A stretch of 64,000 nucleotides of DNA from the human T2T-CHM13v2.0 reference genome, Homo sapiens. A program made the translations under genes and the position numbers. The stretch spans positions 33,984,001 to 34,048,000 of the forward strand of contig CP068257.2 in NCBI GenBank assembly GCA_009914755.4, read 5' to 3'. Position 1 is the first letter of the stretch, and each line of letters begins with the position of its first letter. Below are positions 1 through 13,037 of the stretch, piece after piece. The notes beneath the pieces are model-generated. The model worked only from the letters and a program-made list of their open reading frames with translations. It searched no databases and had not been told where the DNA came from.

Positions 1-1479
1 GATCCAAAAATTTCTGGAAACTGAAATTTTTGTGCTAATTCATCTGGGGACAAATCCTGTCCTGAAGAGACATATAACTATTAATAGTCCTTATCCCACT
101 AATGGGACTACTGATACTTTTGACTATAGAAATAGTAACAATTTTGATTGTGGAGCGATGTTGCAAACCCTGTCAGGGCTGTTACAGCGTGTGTGATGCG
201 GGTATCATAGGACCTTCCAAAATCGGAAAACCTCCAAATTTCAAACCTCGGTTCAAGAGATAGATGTTGGGCCTGTATTCTGTCCTTTTTCACTGTGGAA
301 TGTCGTCATCCTCTAAGGAACAGCATCCAAATCCCTTTGCTGTGCTTCCTCCCTTGATCACAAGCCACACATAACCCAAACTTGAGCAGCATTTGGTGTT
401 AATCACCTGAAAACTTCCCAGCAAAATGAGTCAAGGAAAACCATCCTTGGCACTAGTGGATGGTTTGTTGGAAACCCACAAAGATAGACTCGGGATCGTG
501 GGCTATAGAAGTGGTGACAAGTGAAATCTAACATATGCTATTTTAAATACTCATCTGCCTAATATATTCTGGAAGCTCTCAAGAATGTAAGACACTAATA
601 TCTCTAAAATGTTTTCTATTTTAAAATGAATAACAGTAAGGGTCTGTGATTTGGTTTTGAAAGAAAATTATTTCCCAGTAATTTAAGCACCAAAAATATA
701 GAACAATATAGTATTTTACATTTATGCAGAGGTGCTCTGGAAGCGGAAAAATAAGAACAATTAAGCTTTGAATATTTCAAGTTTTAAATAAATTTTAATA
801 TTTGGAAAAAGAGGTCATTAAATGTTCAAATCCATGCGGACTCATACATATCTGTTACACAAAAGCATCTTAGTATCCAAGTTGACTTTTTCTTGAAATA
901 AGCAGTATTTTCTACCACTTTATAACCAAATCTTAGTCTATGTCTTCCTGTGTAAATTCATCAAATTTACCAAATGAACAGGCAGCACAAAGAGAGCCAC
1001 TGAACCCTCAATGAGTAAAGGACTCCATGGGTAAGTCATATTTTGGGTAACATATTAACACTTTGGAGTCTGCTCAGGGGCTGTTTAGCATATTTAAATC
1101 ATGAATAAGAAAATCAACATCAATTAATATTGTCCCTGTGCCCGGAGGATACTTAGCACTGTCTATTGGACTCATGTGGAAACAGTCATTAACTGTCTCT
1201 GTTCTCAAAGGGCACTTTCCAAACATACGATAACACCCATCTGGTTCTTTCCCCAAACCTCAGAAAACCAACAGAAAATGTAATTTTAGCAAATTAAGAG
1301 ACTGTTTTTTAATGGATACTGTACATCAGCTGGCTTAAATCTGTGTCTTTGAGGTGGTAGAGGAAGGACTGGGAGAAATAAAGGTAAGAGGCAGAGAACT
1401 GATGACAAGAACAAAGAAAGTAGCAAAGGCTGGAGAGAAGGCTCTGGTTCCTTGGGCTGGGTGTCCACAGAGTATCCCC

Positions 1480-1560
1480 TTCCCCAGGGCACACAGTTCA
1501 TCCCTGCATTCACTCATTCATTCATCTCTGTGTCCCCAGAGCTTGTTCTGTGTCAAACAT
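1480..1560 (+). mobile_element. MIR-type SINE fragment (3' tail portion)
   Basis: 'ccagggcacacagttcatccctgcattcactcattcattcat' resembles the MIR 3' end 'gcctggcacatagtaggcgctcaataaatgtttgttgaatgaatgaatg'. Confidence 0.45.
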
Positions 1561-1599
1561 TGTCCTGGGTTCTGAGGACAACAGAGGGAATAAAGTAAC

Positions 1600-1730
1600 C
1601 CTTACCCTCAAATATACAATGGGGACAGTAGTGGTCCCTACATCTTTGGGTTATCGTGAAGATTAAATGAGCCATCAGAATAAGGCCCAAAGCATATCTT
1701 ACAAGGCACAAATGCCCTGATATTTTTTAA
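1600..1730 (+). mobile_element. MIR SINE fragment (core + 3' region)
   Basis: 'caatggggacagtagtggtccctacatctttgggttatcgtgaagattaaatgag...aaggcacaaatgcc' matches MIR 'taaaatggggataataatagtacctacctcatagggttgttgtgaggattaaatgag...cagtgcctggcacatagtaag'. Confidence 0.6.
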
Positions 1731-1827
1731 TAAAAAAACTAAAAGAGTCTAGTTTGGAAATGGACACATAGACATTTTAAGTGCAGTGTGATGAGGGAAA
1801 ATAGAGGATACAGCAGAAGCAGAGAAT

Positions 1828-2073
1828 CCAGGCTGCAGGAGGGAGGAGAGGGGAAGGTTAGGAGGGGCTCCAGAATCCTGTTGCCTGTCCCTGCATCATG
1901 CAGCCGGCAGGGCTGTGCAAGTTAGGCTGCCCTGTCAAGCAGGCAGAGAAGCCAGGCTGCAGGAAGGAGGAGAGGGCTAGATTAGGAGGGGCTCCAGAAT
2001 CCTGTTGCCTGTCTCTGCATCATGCAGATGGTGGGGCTGTGCTGGTTACGCTGCCCTATGGAGCAGGCAGTAA
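1828..2073. repeat. tandem duplication, two copies of a ~123-bp unit (minisatellite-like)
   Basis: Unit 'ccaggctgcagga(g/a)ggaggagag..ttaggaggggctccagaatcctgttgcctgtc(c/t)ctgcatcatgcag...gggctgtgc..gtta.gctgccct....agcaggcag.....ccaggctgc' recurs with the start of a third copy. Copy starts are at 1828, 1952 and 2074, ~85-90% identity between copies. Confidence 0.85.
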
Positions 2074-2744
2074 CCCAGGCTGCGTGCCCTCCCCTAACCA
2101 TGTTGCACCTGGGGCCATATGCACCACAATTAAGGGACATCTTCTCTTCAGACAAAGGTGACTTCCTCTCTGCAAGCCCCACGCCCTCCAAAAGGGGAAC
2201 CTCCCAGGCTTTAAGCAAGAGGAGAAACTGATCAGGTCCCTAATTCTGGATGATCACTCGGGATGACTGACTATGCTTTGCCCACAGTCCAGGAGCACTC
2301 ACTTAGGTGTAGTCACTGTGTCCGGGCTCTGTGTGTGGCATTTTCCTGCCCTTTCCCAGGGCTGTCTCAGAGGTTGGGAGAAGGGCCAGACTCTCTAGTA
2401 GACTCTGACACCACCTAGAAAAGCTACCTGCATAGGCCCCCCAGTCGGGGGTGCTGAGACTGCCTACTTAGTTGCCAGCACATCCAGGTGTGGGCTAGCC
2501 TGTGGGCCACGTGTCTTCAATAAAGAGGGGGACACTGGAAACCGGCTAGTACCACATAGGGCTGAATGCAGCTGCTGCTGGGGTTCATGTTCCATCAGTT
2601 AAAGTCTAGAGAGAAAGAGAGGAGTGCAATCCCAAATACCCCACCTGGAGGTGGCAGCATGAACTCCCTGGCAGGTGACATAACAGGGACACAGCAGGAG
2701 GCGAAGGTCATATTCGAGGTGGTTTCTGCATCTGTTGAATGAGC

Positions 2745-3300
2745 CTTGGGAGCCTGCTGTGTGCGAGGCCCTGAGCCAGGGCCCCGGGGATTCAAAAGTG
2801 AATAAAACACAGCTCCAGGGTGCATATTCAGCTGCAGCAGACAGATGCACAAGTACTTGAAGTAAATGGTTTGAGGGATGGTGCTATCAGCATACAAGAC
2901 TCCACAGAGGCTATAGAGAGAGAGGGACCAGTTCTATATGGCAGAGACTCAGAAAAGGGTTTTCTGAAGGAAGCGAGCTGTGGACTAAGATTGAAGCTAA
3001 GGGGCAGGGGTGGGGTGCAGTTCTAGGTGGATCCTTTGCCACACAAGCAAAGAGAAAGAAGCTGGAAACAGCCTGCAGCCTCTAGGAAATTCAGGGACTT
3101 TAGTACAACTGGAAGGGGGTCAAGAGGAGGCTCTACCAAGACAGGAGGCAAAAGGGAGGCTGGTCCAGGCCAGAGACTTGAGGCACTGGAATGCCAAGTG
3201 AAGGAATCTGGTGTCCTTTGGGTAAGAGTAAGCAAGGGCCCCTGAACTTGGGTAGTAATAGCAGATGTTGCAGAGGAAACATCAGCAGGATTTGGCACCA
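2745..3300 (+). mobile_element. probable L2 (LINE-2) 3'-end fragment
   Basis: 'ctgctgtgtgcgaggccctgagccagggccccggggattcaaaagtgaataaaacacagctccagggtgc' resembles the L2 3' consensus 'cactgtgctaggcactggggatacaaagatgaataagacacagtccctgccctcaaggagc'. Downstream 'gaaggaagcgagctgtggactaagattgaagctaagggg' resembles 'ggaggtgacatttgagctgggtcttgaaggatgagtagg'. Confidence 0.4.
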
Positions 3301-5417
3301 TATTGCCAGGAAGAGGTGAAGTAGCGCAGTAGGCTAAGGAGGGCTCCAGGCAATAACAAGGATGGAAGCAATAATGCCAGCACCACACACCAGCCCTTCC
3401 TGTGCACAGAATACACGGTCCCATCCATGCCCAGGGGCTTGGCACTGGTAGTGGCAGGGCTGGATTGTCACTGACGCCCCACCACTGGCTCCACTGGGCC
3501 AGGCTGAGCTTTCTGCGTGGAGGGAGCCGGGGCCAAGCGATGTAGGTGCACCCTGGAGAAGGTGAGGGGCTCTAGTCCCAGGCTCCTTTTTCGTTTCCTG
3601 GCCTCCCTTGTGATTGTTTCCCTCCCTTTTACCATCAAGTCACCCTGCATACTCCACTGTATGAACAGATCACACGATCTGCCTTCAAATCTGCTCTTGA
3701 GAACCCCGGGCAAACACATACTCCTCCTTGCCAAGAGGCTTCTCAGTTCCATGTCCAAATGCACTTGCTCCATCATCCAAGGCCTGTGCTCTAAGAGAGA
3801 GATCACTGTTTTTAGGTAGAGTTAGAGCTGGCAGACAATGCCCAATACCCCCACCAATTGCTTAGAGCATTTATCAGTCAGGGAGCAGGCTGCCCTGGGG
3901 AGTCATCTGCATCAGCTCAGGCCCTGGGCCTCACAGGACCTCTCACAATGTGGTCCTCCAGGCCCATGGCCTCCCCCAACCCATCTGTGCTAAAGGCTAA
4001 CTATGGCACCCCTCCAAGAAGGGGGTCCTGAGTTAAACCCCAAACTCCAGAGTCCCTTATCCCATCTGTTTCCTCAGTCCATCCCACCCCCCATCCCAAG
4101 GTCTTGCTCCTCCACTTTTAAACCTCCAAGGAAACCAAAAATAACTCAATACGTAGCTCAGGGCTTGGGGAAGCTACCTTCAATACCTTAGAGGATTATA
4201 TTGGAAGTGAAAACAAAACAAAGCAACCATGACTCAATCTCTCTGCCATTTATAAATTACGAAAATAAATATTCACTAATTCACAGAGGTGGTGTGGATC
4301 AACCTTTGGCTTTGAACTTTCAAGGTTTCAGAAGTTCCTAAAATTGGGTAGGTCTCTATGCCATACAAATGATTGTTTCTACTGTTAAAAAGAAAGACAT
4401 GAGGATAATTTTTTGCCCATGAATTGGGAACCTGGATAATGCTGTGATGCCATGGAGTTTATTTCAATTCTTTAGTTATGTATATAATAAAGATAAATTC
4501 TGAATTTACAGAAACTTGAAAAAAAAAAAAAAGGAAAGACATTCCTGGTGCATGTTAGTCAAACTTCTGTTTCCTGAGTAAACTAGGGACCCTTGGATGA
4601 GACTTCTAATTCCAAATCCTAACAAAGTACTACATAGGTAACATTGGAAGTTATCTAGTGCCTGTGACCTTTATTTTGCTCATTTATAGAAAGGGGATAA
4701 ATGAAACCCACCTTTCTTGTGTGGGCTCAAAAGTGACAGCATGGATGTAAGCATTCAGTACATTGAGAAGCTGGGTGCGCCCATTCTTTCCTAATGGATG
4801 AAACACACAGCATGAGACCATAAAAGCCAGAGTCCTTGTACATTATGGTCTGAGGATTTGCCTGCTTAGAAACATCAGAGACCAAATTATTCAAAAAAAG
4901 GAAAAGCCAAAAGCAAGGCTCAAAATCTTACGAAGCAAACATCTTGGGGCTTTAGGGGATGTCAGGGTTAATTCACTGCTTGCTGTCCCCCTGGTTTACT
5001 CTTCCCCTCATAGACCCCGTTTATCGAGGTCAGACCTGGACAATTCTCTGAAGACACAGAGCAGCAAATAGGAGTTAAGGGCAGAGTGAGCTGGGTTCAG
5101 CAGTAGGGAGAGGAGAATTTCTCAGCATTGTTTTCAAGCTCAGGTGAATGTCAGGAAAAGAACTCACATCATTTCCAACTGGGATCTAAGAATTCACTGA
5201 GCACCAACTATTGGCTAGAAGTATGCTGAACACTCTAAATGCCTTACCTGAATCTCATCTACCCCTCTTAGAAAGTAGGCATTTCAAAATCATACTTCTC
5301 TAAGTTCTTAAAGGGAACAACAAAGAAATGTGCAATGTGACTCAATGACATAAGCCGTGGTTTAAGCCTGTCTGCGCTTTTCGAGAGTAATCATATGTAC
5401 CATTTCGTAAGCCCCTT

Positions 5418-5600
5418 GCTACGTACCAGACACTGTGCCAGGTGCTCCGTATGTATTATTTCTAGTATTCCTCCCCAGATCCTACATGTCAGAGATTATT
5501 ATTATTCCCATTTTATAGATAAGAAAACTGACTTTCAGAAAAGTAAAGTTACTTGCTCAAGCGCACAGAGCATGTGGGATTTAAAGCCAGAATTCATCTT
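5418..5600 (-). mobile_element. MIR SINE (antisense)
   Basis: 'cactgtgccaggtgctccgtatgtattatt...attattattattcccattttatagataagaaaactgactttcagaaaagtaaagttacttgctcaagcgcacagagc' is the reverse complement of the MIR core, whose diagnostic motif is 'ccccattttacagatgaggaaactgaggc...gttaagtaacttgcccaaggtcacacagc'. Confidence 0.8.
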
Positions 5601-7261
5601 TCTCTCTGGTCTATTTCCTCAGGATTAAAGGCTCACACTTTAAGCACTGATGAGGCAGAATATTACTGATATAACTCGTTTCTGATCTATATAGACTTTG
5701 GAAATATCTCAGGGTAGCCACTTCCTGGCCTACAGAACACTAATTTTGTTCAGGCAGTAACATGTCATCCTGGCTGAATTATTTGTTCTAGGAAAATCAT
5801 GAAAACCCCAATTGTCTTAGCCAGTGACTGGTTTAGTGATTGCTATGTGACTCTCTTCTGACCAAAGAGATGAAAAAAAGCCTGTTCTTTACTTCTGGGA
5901 AAGACTTTCCTCCCTGACCGAGAAGACCTGTGGAAGAGAAAGCCCTTTTGTGGCAGCTCCTCCTGCTATCTGTAACACTATCATGTGAGGACATAATGGT
6001 TGGAGCAGGGGCAGCTGTCTTGTGTGCATGAGTGGAAGGCAGTAGGCATTGCTCATACTCTAAGGATATCGGAATGAAGAAGAAAAACTTTAGAAGCTTG
6101 GTGTCCTTGTAACCCCTCAAGCCTACCCTGAGACCACTTCCATGATTTTTGTAACATCAGTAAGTGTTCTTACGGCTTAAGCCACTGTCAACAAATTTTC
6201 TATTACTCCAAATGCATCCCAGCTGACATAGTTATAAAGTAGAATCAAATCATAATTTATATTTATTCTGAAAATGAAATTTGAGTGTTTTTGGTGGCTG
6301 AGTTGCTGACTCTGAATATGGCTCTACTCCTCAAAGTCACCTAAAAGGACTATTAGTGACTTGGAGATTTGAACCAACTCTAATTCTTTCTTTGCTTCTG
6401 TAGGAGAGGCAAAACTTTTCCTCAACCCTCTTAGGTTCTGCAGCAGAGGTTTGCAAGTTCAACTAACGAAAGCCAGATTAGCAGGAGAAACACATACAGA
6501 TTATATTTGATGTTAATTTTTTTACATGACACAGGGGACTTCGTAGAGAAGAAGTGAAAACCTGAAAGGAACAGGTAGAATTGAGGGCTTATATACCATT
6601 TTAACAAACAGTGATAAATTTGTGGGGAAGTGACACGATAAAGAGGTTTGGGACAATAAATTGTGGGAAAAGGACTAGAAAATATACTGGGGTAACCAAT
6701 GAAACAAAAGGGTTATTTTAGGAAGGTTTATTTGTACAGACTCATCTTGGTATCATCTCGCCATCTCTGATGATACAAATGTTATCTTCTTCCTGGTACC
6801 AGAATACCTTTCTCATAGGAAATTTATGCCCTCCTTTTAGGGAGAAAAGTAGGGGGCAGATAGCCCTTCCCATATCTGCTTTTCTTAATTGCCTTCAGCT
6901 CAAAATAATCAATATGCCAAAGCAGCATATTTTGGGGTGACATATTCTGATCACTTTTACTTCAAAATAAATAATATATCTATGATTTTACCTATTTAAA
7001 ATATAATGTATCTTTTATATTTAAATAATTTATATTTAAGTTTTAAATATAGATATAATTAAAACATTAATTGTATAATATTGTCATAATATTACTAAAT
7101 TGCCTACTAACATTTAATCACAATGATTACTGCATTTTGCATTTAAACTTTTTAAATTAGTATGTAATTATTATAACTTAACCATTAAAGAAATGCATAA
7201 AGCAAAAGTGAAGGCTATCCCAGAATTAAAATGTACTAAAACTTCTTTTACTAATTATAAA

Positions 7262-7495
7262 ATGAATTTACATTGTATCTGATCTTCACCCATGTTGTGT
7301 GTATGAATAGCTTAATTCCTTTCAAATGAGCAGTATTCCACTACACAGACATACCAGAGTGTAATTATTGATTCTCCTACTGATAAACACTTAGATTATT
7401 TCCACTTTGAAACTATTATGAAAAATGCTGGTATTAACATCCTTATACATGTTTTTTTTAGTGGAACTTTTTCGTTTTCATTTCTCTGGGCTGGA
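7262..7495 (+). mobile_element. ancient L1 (L1M-type) 3'-UTR fragment
   Basis: 'ttcacccatgttgtgtgtatgaatagcttaattcctttcaaatgagcagtattccactacacagacatacc...tatttccactttgaaactattatgaaaaatgctggtattaacatc' matches the L1M consensus 'ttcatccatgttgtagcatgtatcag..ttcattcctttttatggctgaataatattccattgtatggatatacc...tgggttgtttccactttttggctattatgaataatgctgctatgaacatt'. Confidence 0.7.
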
Positions 7496-9075
7496 GAGTA
7501 AGCAAAGCTAAGTTGTAAGGCTGGAAAACAGAACAATGCTTGCTGCTAAGGGTGGCACAAGGGGGTTTCTGAGGTCATGGAAATGCTCTATGCCCTGACT
7601 GGTATGGTGATTGTGCAGGTATATACGTTTATCAAAACTTATAAAACTTTGAGCCTTAATGTGTGTAAATTATACTCTATTTATAAGAATCATAAAAAAG
7701 AAAAAAGAAAACTGTCCAAAAAGAATATAAGATTATGGTAGGTGTAGAGAACCGGCGGTTGGCATTCCTTCCAGCCATGCTCTTGCATGTCTTCCAAACT
7801 GCAGATGCTGGAAAGCTGAGAACCACATTTCTCAGATTCCCTTGAATCAAAGGGAAGGAGACAGTTTGATCTTCACCCATGTTGTGTGTATCAATAGTTT
7901 AATTGCTTTTTAATGAGCAGTATTCCATTGCACAGATATTGGAGTCAAACTGGCTTCTTCAAACTGTATACCTTCATGTAAGATTTGAAAGGAGAAGCAA
8001 ACAGGGGCAGAAGTGGAGGCCATCATCCCATGAACTGGAAGGCAGCAGGGATCTCCTGCAGTTCCTCTCCCATACCAATGGCCAGGGCAGCTGGACCCCT
8101 GGCAAGGCCAAATCACCATCCCAGTGTCCAGTTCCCAGCCTCATGCCTGCTGAGGGGCAGTAAGAGCAGCAGCAGCTACAGAGAGAAGCTACAAGTCTAG
8201 TTTGTTTTGTTTTGTTTTTTTAACCAGGAACCTTTTGGGGCATGCATAATAGTTGACAGTATTATATAGTGAATACACATATATCTATCACCCAGATTCT
8301 ACAATTGTTAACATCGTGTTAGATTTGCTGTATCATGTATCCACCATATATTCATCCATTACTCAGTCTTATTTTCTGATTCATTGATGGTTTGTATTTT
8401 AACTCAGCAATTCCACTGGTGGCCTCCCGCTCCCAATCCTGCCCAAGGTAGTGGCTTCTCTAGAGGACCAGTGCCCAGACTTGTTCTTGGAGTCTTCCTG
8501 GGAGCCAGCCAGGCCTTCCAATGATTGTGTAGGTTCCTCATTCATCATCCCTGCTACGGTTTGTTATACTACAATGCATCTTTCAAAGGCTCCAAGATAG
8601 TTCATGTAGAATTAGGAGTTAGGAGGTGATGTCCCTTTAACATGACAAGTGTGTTGTGTTGGTTCATACATGTTTCTTAGCAAGAGAAGCAGGAAAAGAC
8701 GAATCTTCAGCTTGGCTACAAAATACTTCCTAGTTCTGTCCCAGGAAAATTAAACATGATCACCTACAGCAGAGGTGCCCCCAAACTTGAAGGCTCTTGC
8801 AAGGGGCTGGTTGCTCTTTCTCTTGTGCTAAGAGCTTCCATCTGCATTTCCTCAATCCACAAGACAGCATTTTGCTTTTTTTTAATTTTTCATTTTTAAC
8901 ATTCTTGAGGCTAAGTCCAGTCATCACATTTCATGCCTCCATTACCGAACTGTCCCCAAAGTTACAAGCATCATGTTTACCAATACTGTGGGTGCAAAGT
9001 GATGTAGGTTTTGGTGGTGTGCACTGAACCTGTATAACTGTGTTAATAATTTTGAAGAGCACAAGGTTTTTCAGG

Positions 9076-9098
9076 TATATATATATATATATATATAA
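9076..9098. repeat. (TA)n microsatellite, ~11 units
   Basis: direct read 'gtatatatatatatatatatatataatg'. Confidence 0.95.
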
Positions 9099-11126
9099 TG
9101 TTATAGAAGAAATAACTGTATTAAATCAATTTCTGGTTAAAACAGCTAAAGTAACTCTGCCACCTGCAATTGAAATCCGACTGATACAGAAATAAAGTCA
9201 AGCATCCCGCCCTACCCGAGATCCCAGCTCTATCCCAGTTAATAACCATCAAAGACAGATTTTTGGATCCTTTCACCTAAGAGACTATATTGCAGATGCC
9301 TCTCTATACTGGGCCGCACTTATCCACATTAGCTGAGCAGTCACTCCAACACCAGGGCAAGTAGTTCTCCCTCATTATCTGGGGTTTGCTGTAATTTCTT
9401 TAAACAACCTTCCTCCTCCTTTCACCTATGGACACTTAGGATGTTTCAACCATTCATCACGAGGAATGGTACAGTCGGCATCTTTCAAGATACTACTTTA
9501 CCTAAGAGACTGAACATGGGTTCAGGGTGCTTCCTGAGAGAGTGCATGCACATGGTTTGCTGTTGTCCCACAAAAGGGATGTTCTATCACACTCTCATTG
9601 AGCTGATGGACATACAAGTACCATCACCAGCCAATTTTAAATTCATTTTTGTCATTGGCCACTTGACGGATTAGAAAAAATGGCATCTTGTCTTAATTTG
9701 AGTTTCTTAATATTGAGAAGGGTTGAAGAGTTTTTTGTTTATTAGCCATTTACCTTTTTCCCCCTATGGATTGCTTGCTTTTTTATTTTAAATTGATCTG
9801 TAAATATTTTATATGTCAATGAAATTCACTCTTTGTCCAATGTATTTGAAAATGTTTGGGCTCACCATTTGCCTTTTGATTTTACTTATTTTTTTTGTCA
9901 TGCAGAAATTTTCAACTTTTTAGTAACTAAAATCACCAATCTTTCCTGTTATTTTACCTCTGATTATTATGTCATGTTTACAAACTTCTCACCCTTTCCA
10001 AAAATACATACAGTCTTTCCCTCAGTATTCTTGAGGGCTTTGGTCCAGGACCTCCCACAGACACCAAAATAGTGGATGCCCAAGTCCCTGATAGAAAAAA
10101 TTGCATAGTATCTGCATATGACCTATGCAATCCTCCTGTACACTTTAAATTATTCCTACATTATTTATAATACCTCATACAATGTAAATGCCATGTAAAT
10201 TGTTGTTACACTGTATTGTTTAGGGAACAATGACAAGAAAAATGTCTGTACTTGTTCAGACACACGCAGTTTTTTTTTCCCAGACATTTTTGATCCAAGG
10301 TTGGTTGAATCCACATGTGCAAAACCCATAGACACGGAGGGCTGACTGTATATATAATTATTTATTTGCTAGTAATATAATGTTTTTTATGGTTAACTCT
10401 TTGGTCCACCTGAAATTGTTTTGGTATTGAGAGTGGGGTTTTTAATCCACATGGGTAGTAAGTTGGATCGACATAATTTATTGAATTATCTTTAATTTAT
10501 TTGTGAATGAATGGGCTCCCTATGAATTTTTAGCTATTTCTGGAACATTCTGTTCGATCCATATGTCTGCTGTTACTCCAGGTCCAAATCTTTTGATAGT
10601 GTAGGTAATATAAGAAAACATTCAATATATGGTATAAATTGGCTCCCCTCTTAATACTCTCCTCAAATGTCATATTTTTTAGAACCTGTGGTCAGAAGCC
10701 AGAAGCAGGCACTTCTAAGGAGGAGCAAAAAGAGCAGGAATTTATTCTGAGCAGGGTGACCAAATATACATATTCAATAAGCTACAGGATGAGACATGAA
10801 TATTTATGAGAAGAGATACACATGCATGTGCAATTGAGCTTCCTGCCTCTCCGTGTGACCCATGTACAAAAAATGGTGGTACTAGCATGATCCGAGGGTG
10901 GAATTTCCAGTCCTTTGAAGTCTAAACATGAAGCAGAGGACATGCAAACCCTTACTGCACATTCTTTATAGATTATCCAGCATCATTTCATGGTTGGTGA
11001 TCTCTTATCAGGCAAAAGGGAAGGAGCATTGCAGCTGCTTGATGTCAGTGGTGGAGTCTTTTGAAAGGGCTTGTTTCTGTTTAGCCCTTAGGGAAGGAAG
11101 CCTAATTTTGGTGAGTGAGGGAGGGG

Positions 11127-11660
11127 GCTGTATTAGTCAGAGTTCTCTAGAGGGACAGAACTAATAGGATAGATGTATACATAAAGGGGAGTTTACTAAG
11201 GAGTATTGACTCACACGATCACAAGGTGAGGTCCCACAATAAGTTGTCTGCAAGCTGAGGAGCAAGGAAGCCTGTCTGTCCCAAAATCTCAAAAGTAGGG
11301 AAGCCGACAGTGCAGCCTTCAGTCTGTGATTGAAGGTCCAAGGGTCCCAACGTTGAAGAACTTGGAGTCAGATGTTCAAGGGCAGGAAGCATCCAGCATG
11401 GCAGAAAGATGAAGGCAGGAAGACTCAGCCAGTCTTGTCCTTCCATGTTTTCCTGCCTGCTTTTATCCTGGCTGCGCTGGCAGCTGATTAGATGGTGCCC
11501 ACCCAGATTGAGGGTCTGGGTCTGCTTTTCCCAGTCCACTGACTCAAATATTAGTCTCCTTTGGCAACACCCTCACAGACACACCCAGGATCAATACTTT
11601 ACATCCTTTAATCCAATCAAGTTGACACTCAATATTAACCATCATAGAGGTATAATGAGG
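11127..11660 (+). mobile_element. ancient LTR-like interspersed repeat (family recognised, name uncertain; begins 'tgtattagtcagggttctctagagaaacagaaccaatagg')
   Basis: 'gctgtattagtcagagttctctagagggacagaactaataggatagatgtatacataaaggggagtttactaaggagtattgactcacacgatcacaaggtgaggtcccacaataagttgtctgcaagctgaggagcaaggaagcc...ggtgcccacccagattgagggtctgggtctgcttt...aatccaatcaagttgacactcaatattaaccatcatagagg' matches along its length a consensus I recall as '..aggaattggctcacgcgattgtggaggctggcaagtccaaaatctgcaggg...gaggcccacccacattatggagggcaatctgcttt...gttgacacataaaattaaccatcacag'. Confidence 0.5.
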
Positions 11661-13037
11661 CATGTCCAACCTCCCATCCCCTCGTGGATGAGAACTCAGT
11701 TTTCAAGGTTACTCTGGAGCCCTCTTAGCCAAGAGAATATCCATTCAATCAGTTGAGGGGACTTCAAATTTTATTTTTGGTTTATAGGTGGAAGACTCAG
11801 AGCCCATCAGGAAAGCACGAAGAAAGCAAACTAAAAAAGAGAAGGTGGTGGACACTTGGAATAATAAAAAAACAATCTTCTTAGAATTGTGTTTCCTTAA
11901 ACTTTGGGAAAGTTAAAAAAACAACTCTCTGCTTTCAAACACTAACTTGGGAGAAACAAAGTCTGACTGTCTGCTGGTGACGGATTATCAACACCAAGTG
12001 CAGTAAACCTCATTAATTTTCCCTAATTGGGCAGAAAGTTTTGGAAAAGTCTGAAGTACAGAAACAAATTCAACTTAATTTCAAGTTCATATGGTAACAA
12101 GGATGACAGGGCCTCAGGAAGGGAGAGAGCAGAATGTCTCAGAGAATTTTTTAAGGGTTTCAATAATAGATATTTTTAAGTCATTAGGAATTAGAACACT
12201 CCCTGATTCACAGAAGCATTTAAATACAAAATGGTTTTACATGTGTTTAGAAACCTTTGTTGGCCTCCAACCTTAAGAAGACTAAATATTTCCCTTGTTT
12301 ATACTTTTAATTTGCTTGGCAAACCCTTCCCCCGCTTCAAGCCCTAATATATAAATGCACTTCACCAGCATTTTAAATTTATCCCCGATTCTGAATTAGT
12401 GGACTTCTCACTGGCCAAGATTGCATGTTTTTTTTCCCTCAAAATCCTCAATACTTTTATGCTCCCAGGAAATGTACCTGTCAATATGTCATGTGCATTC
12501 TCTCATTTTCTTAAAAGCAGGAACTAAGTTTCATTTTTCACCCTGGATTCTAAAGCAGTTGGAGAGCTTGAAAGTGAAGGGACTGTCAGAGAGGGAGCAA
12601 ATACATCTAACCATGGTGAAAAGGTGATGAAAGACTTGTGCCTACATTTCCTCAATTTGTTCTTAAAATAATTGTTGACACACTCTGATTGAGGACCAAC
12701 TCTTGATTTTCCAAGGCTTAGGTCACGGAGATTGGGAACAAAAGACACAGTTATTTTAAAACACAAATGTGAGCAATTAGTTCCCATTTTTTGCTCTTAA
12801 TATTTTCACAGATATTAATAAGTAGCTAAGTTGACTTCTTTGAATTCGGTATTTTGCTCCTTCCCCCTGCCCACTCTCTTACAGGTATGCAGTTGGACAG
12901 TGAGCTAGTTAAGAGGAATGACATGAAGAAAATTTGAAAATATCACCCAGGCTATGTAAGGTCTATGGGCATTTCTGATAGACCAAACAAATCAACAGTG
13001 GATTTAAAGGGGAAAAAGATATGTGTGATATTGGGAG

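Noticed and set aside
1-4. Window begins with GATC
   Set aside because: Consistent with a Sau3AI/MboI/BamHI-type cloning or fragment boundary of the source record. It is an artefact of how the sequence was obtained, not biology.
3023-3445. 140-aa ORF on the minus strand in a GC-richer block
   Set aside because: Lies within/adjacent to the L2-like fragment. Pro/Ser/Leu-rich low-complexity translation typical of GC-rich non-coding DNA. No splice-site or conservation evidence is available.
2280-3500. Relatively GC-rich segment as a possible CpG island/promoter
   Set aside because: CpG dinucleotides remain sparse (no clustering of 'cg'). Elevated GC is explained by the tandem 123-bp unit and the L2-like relic.
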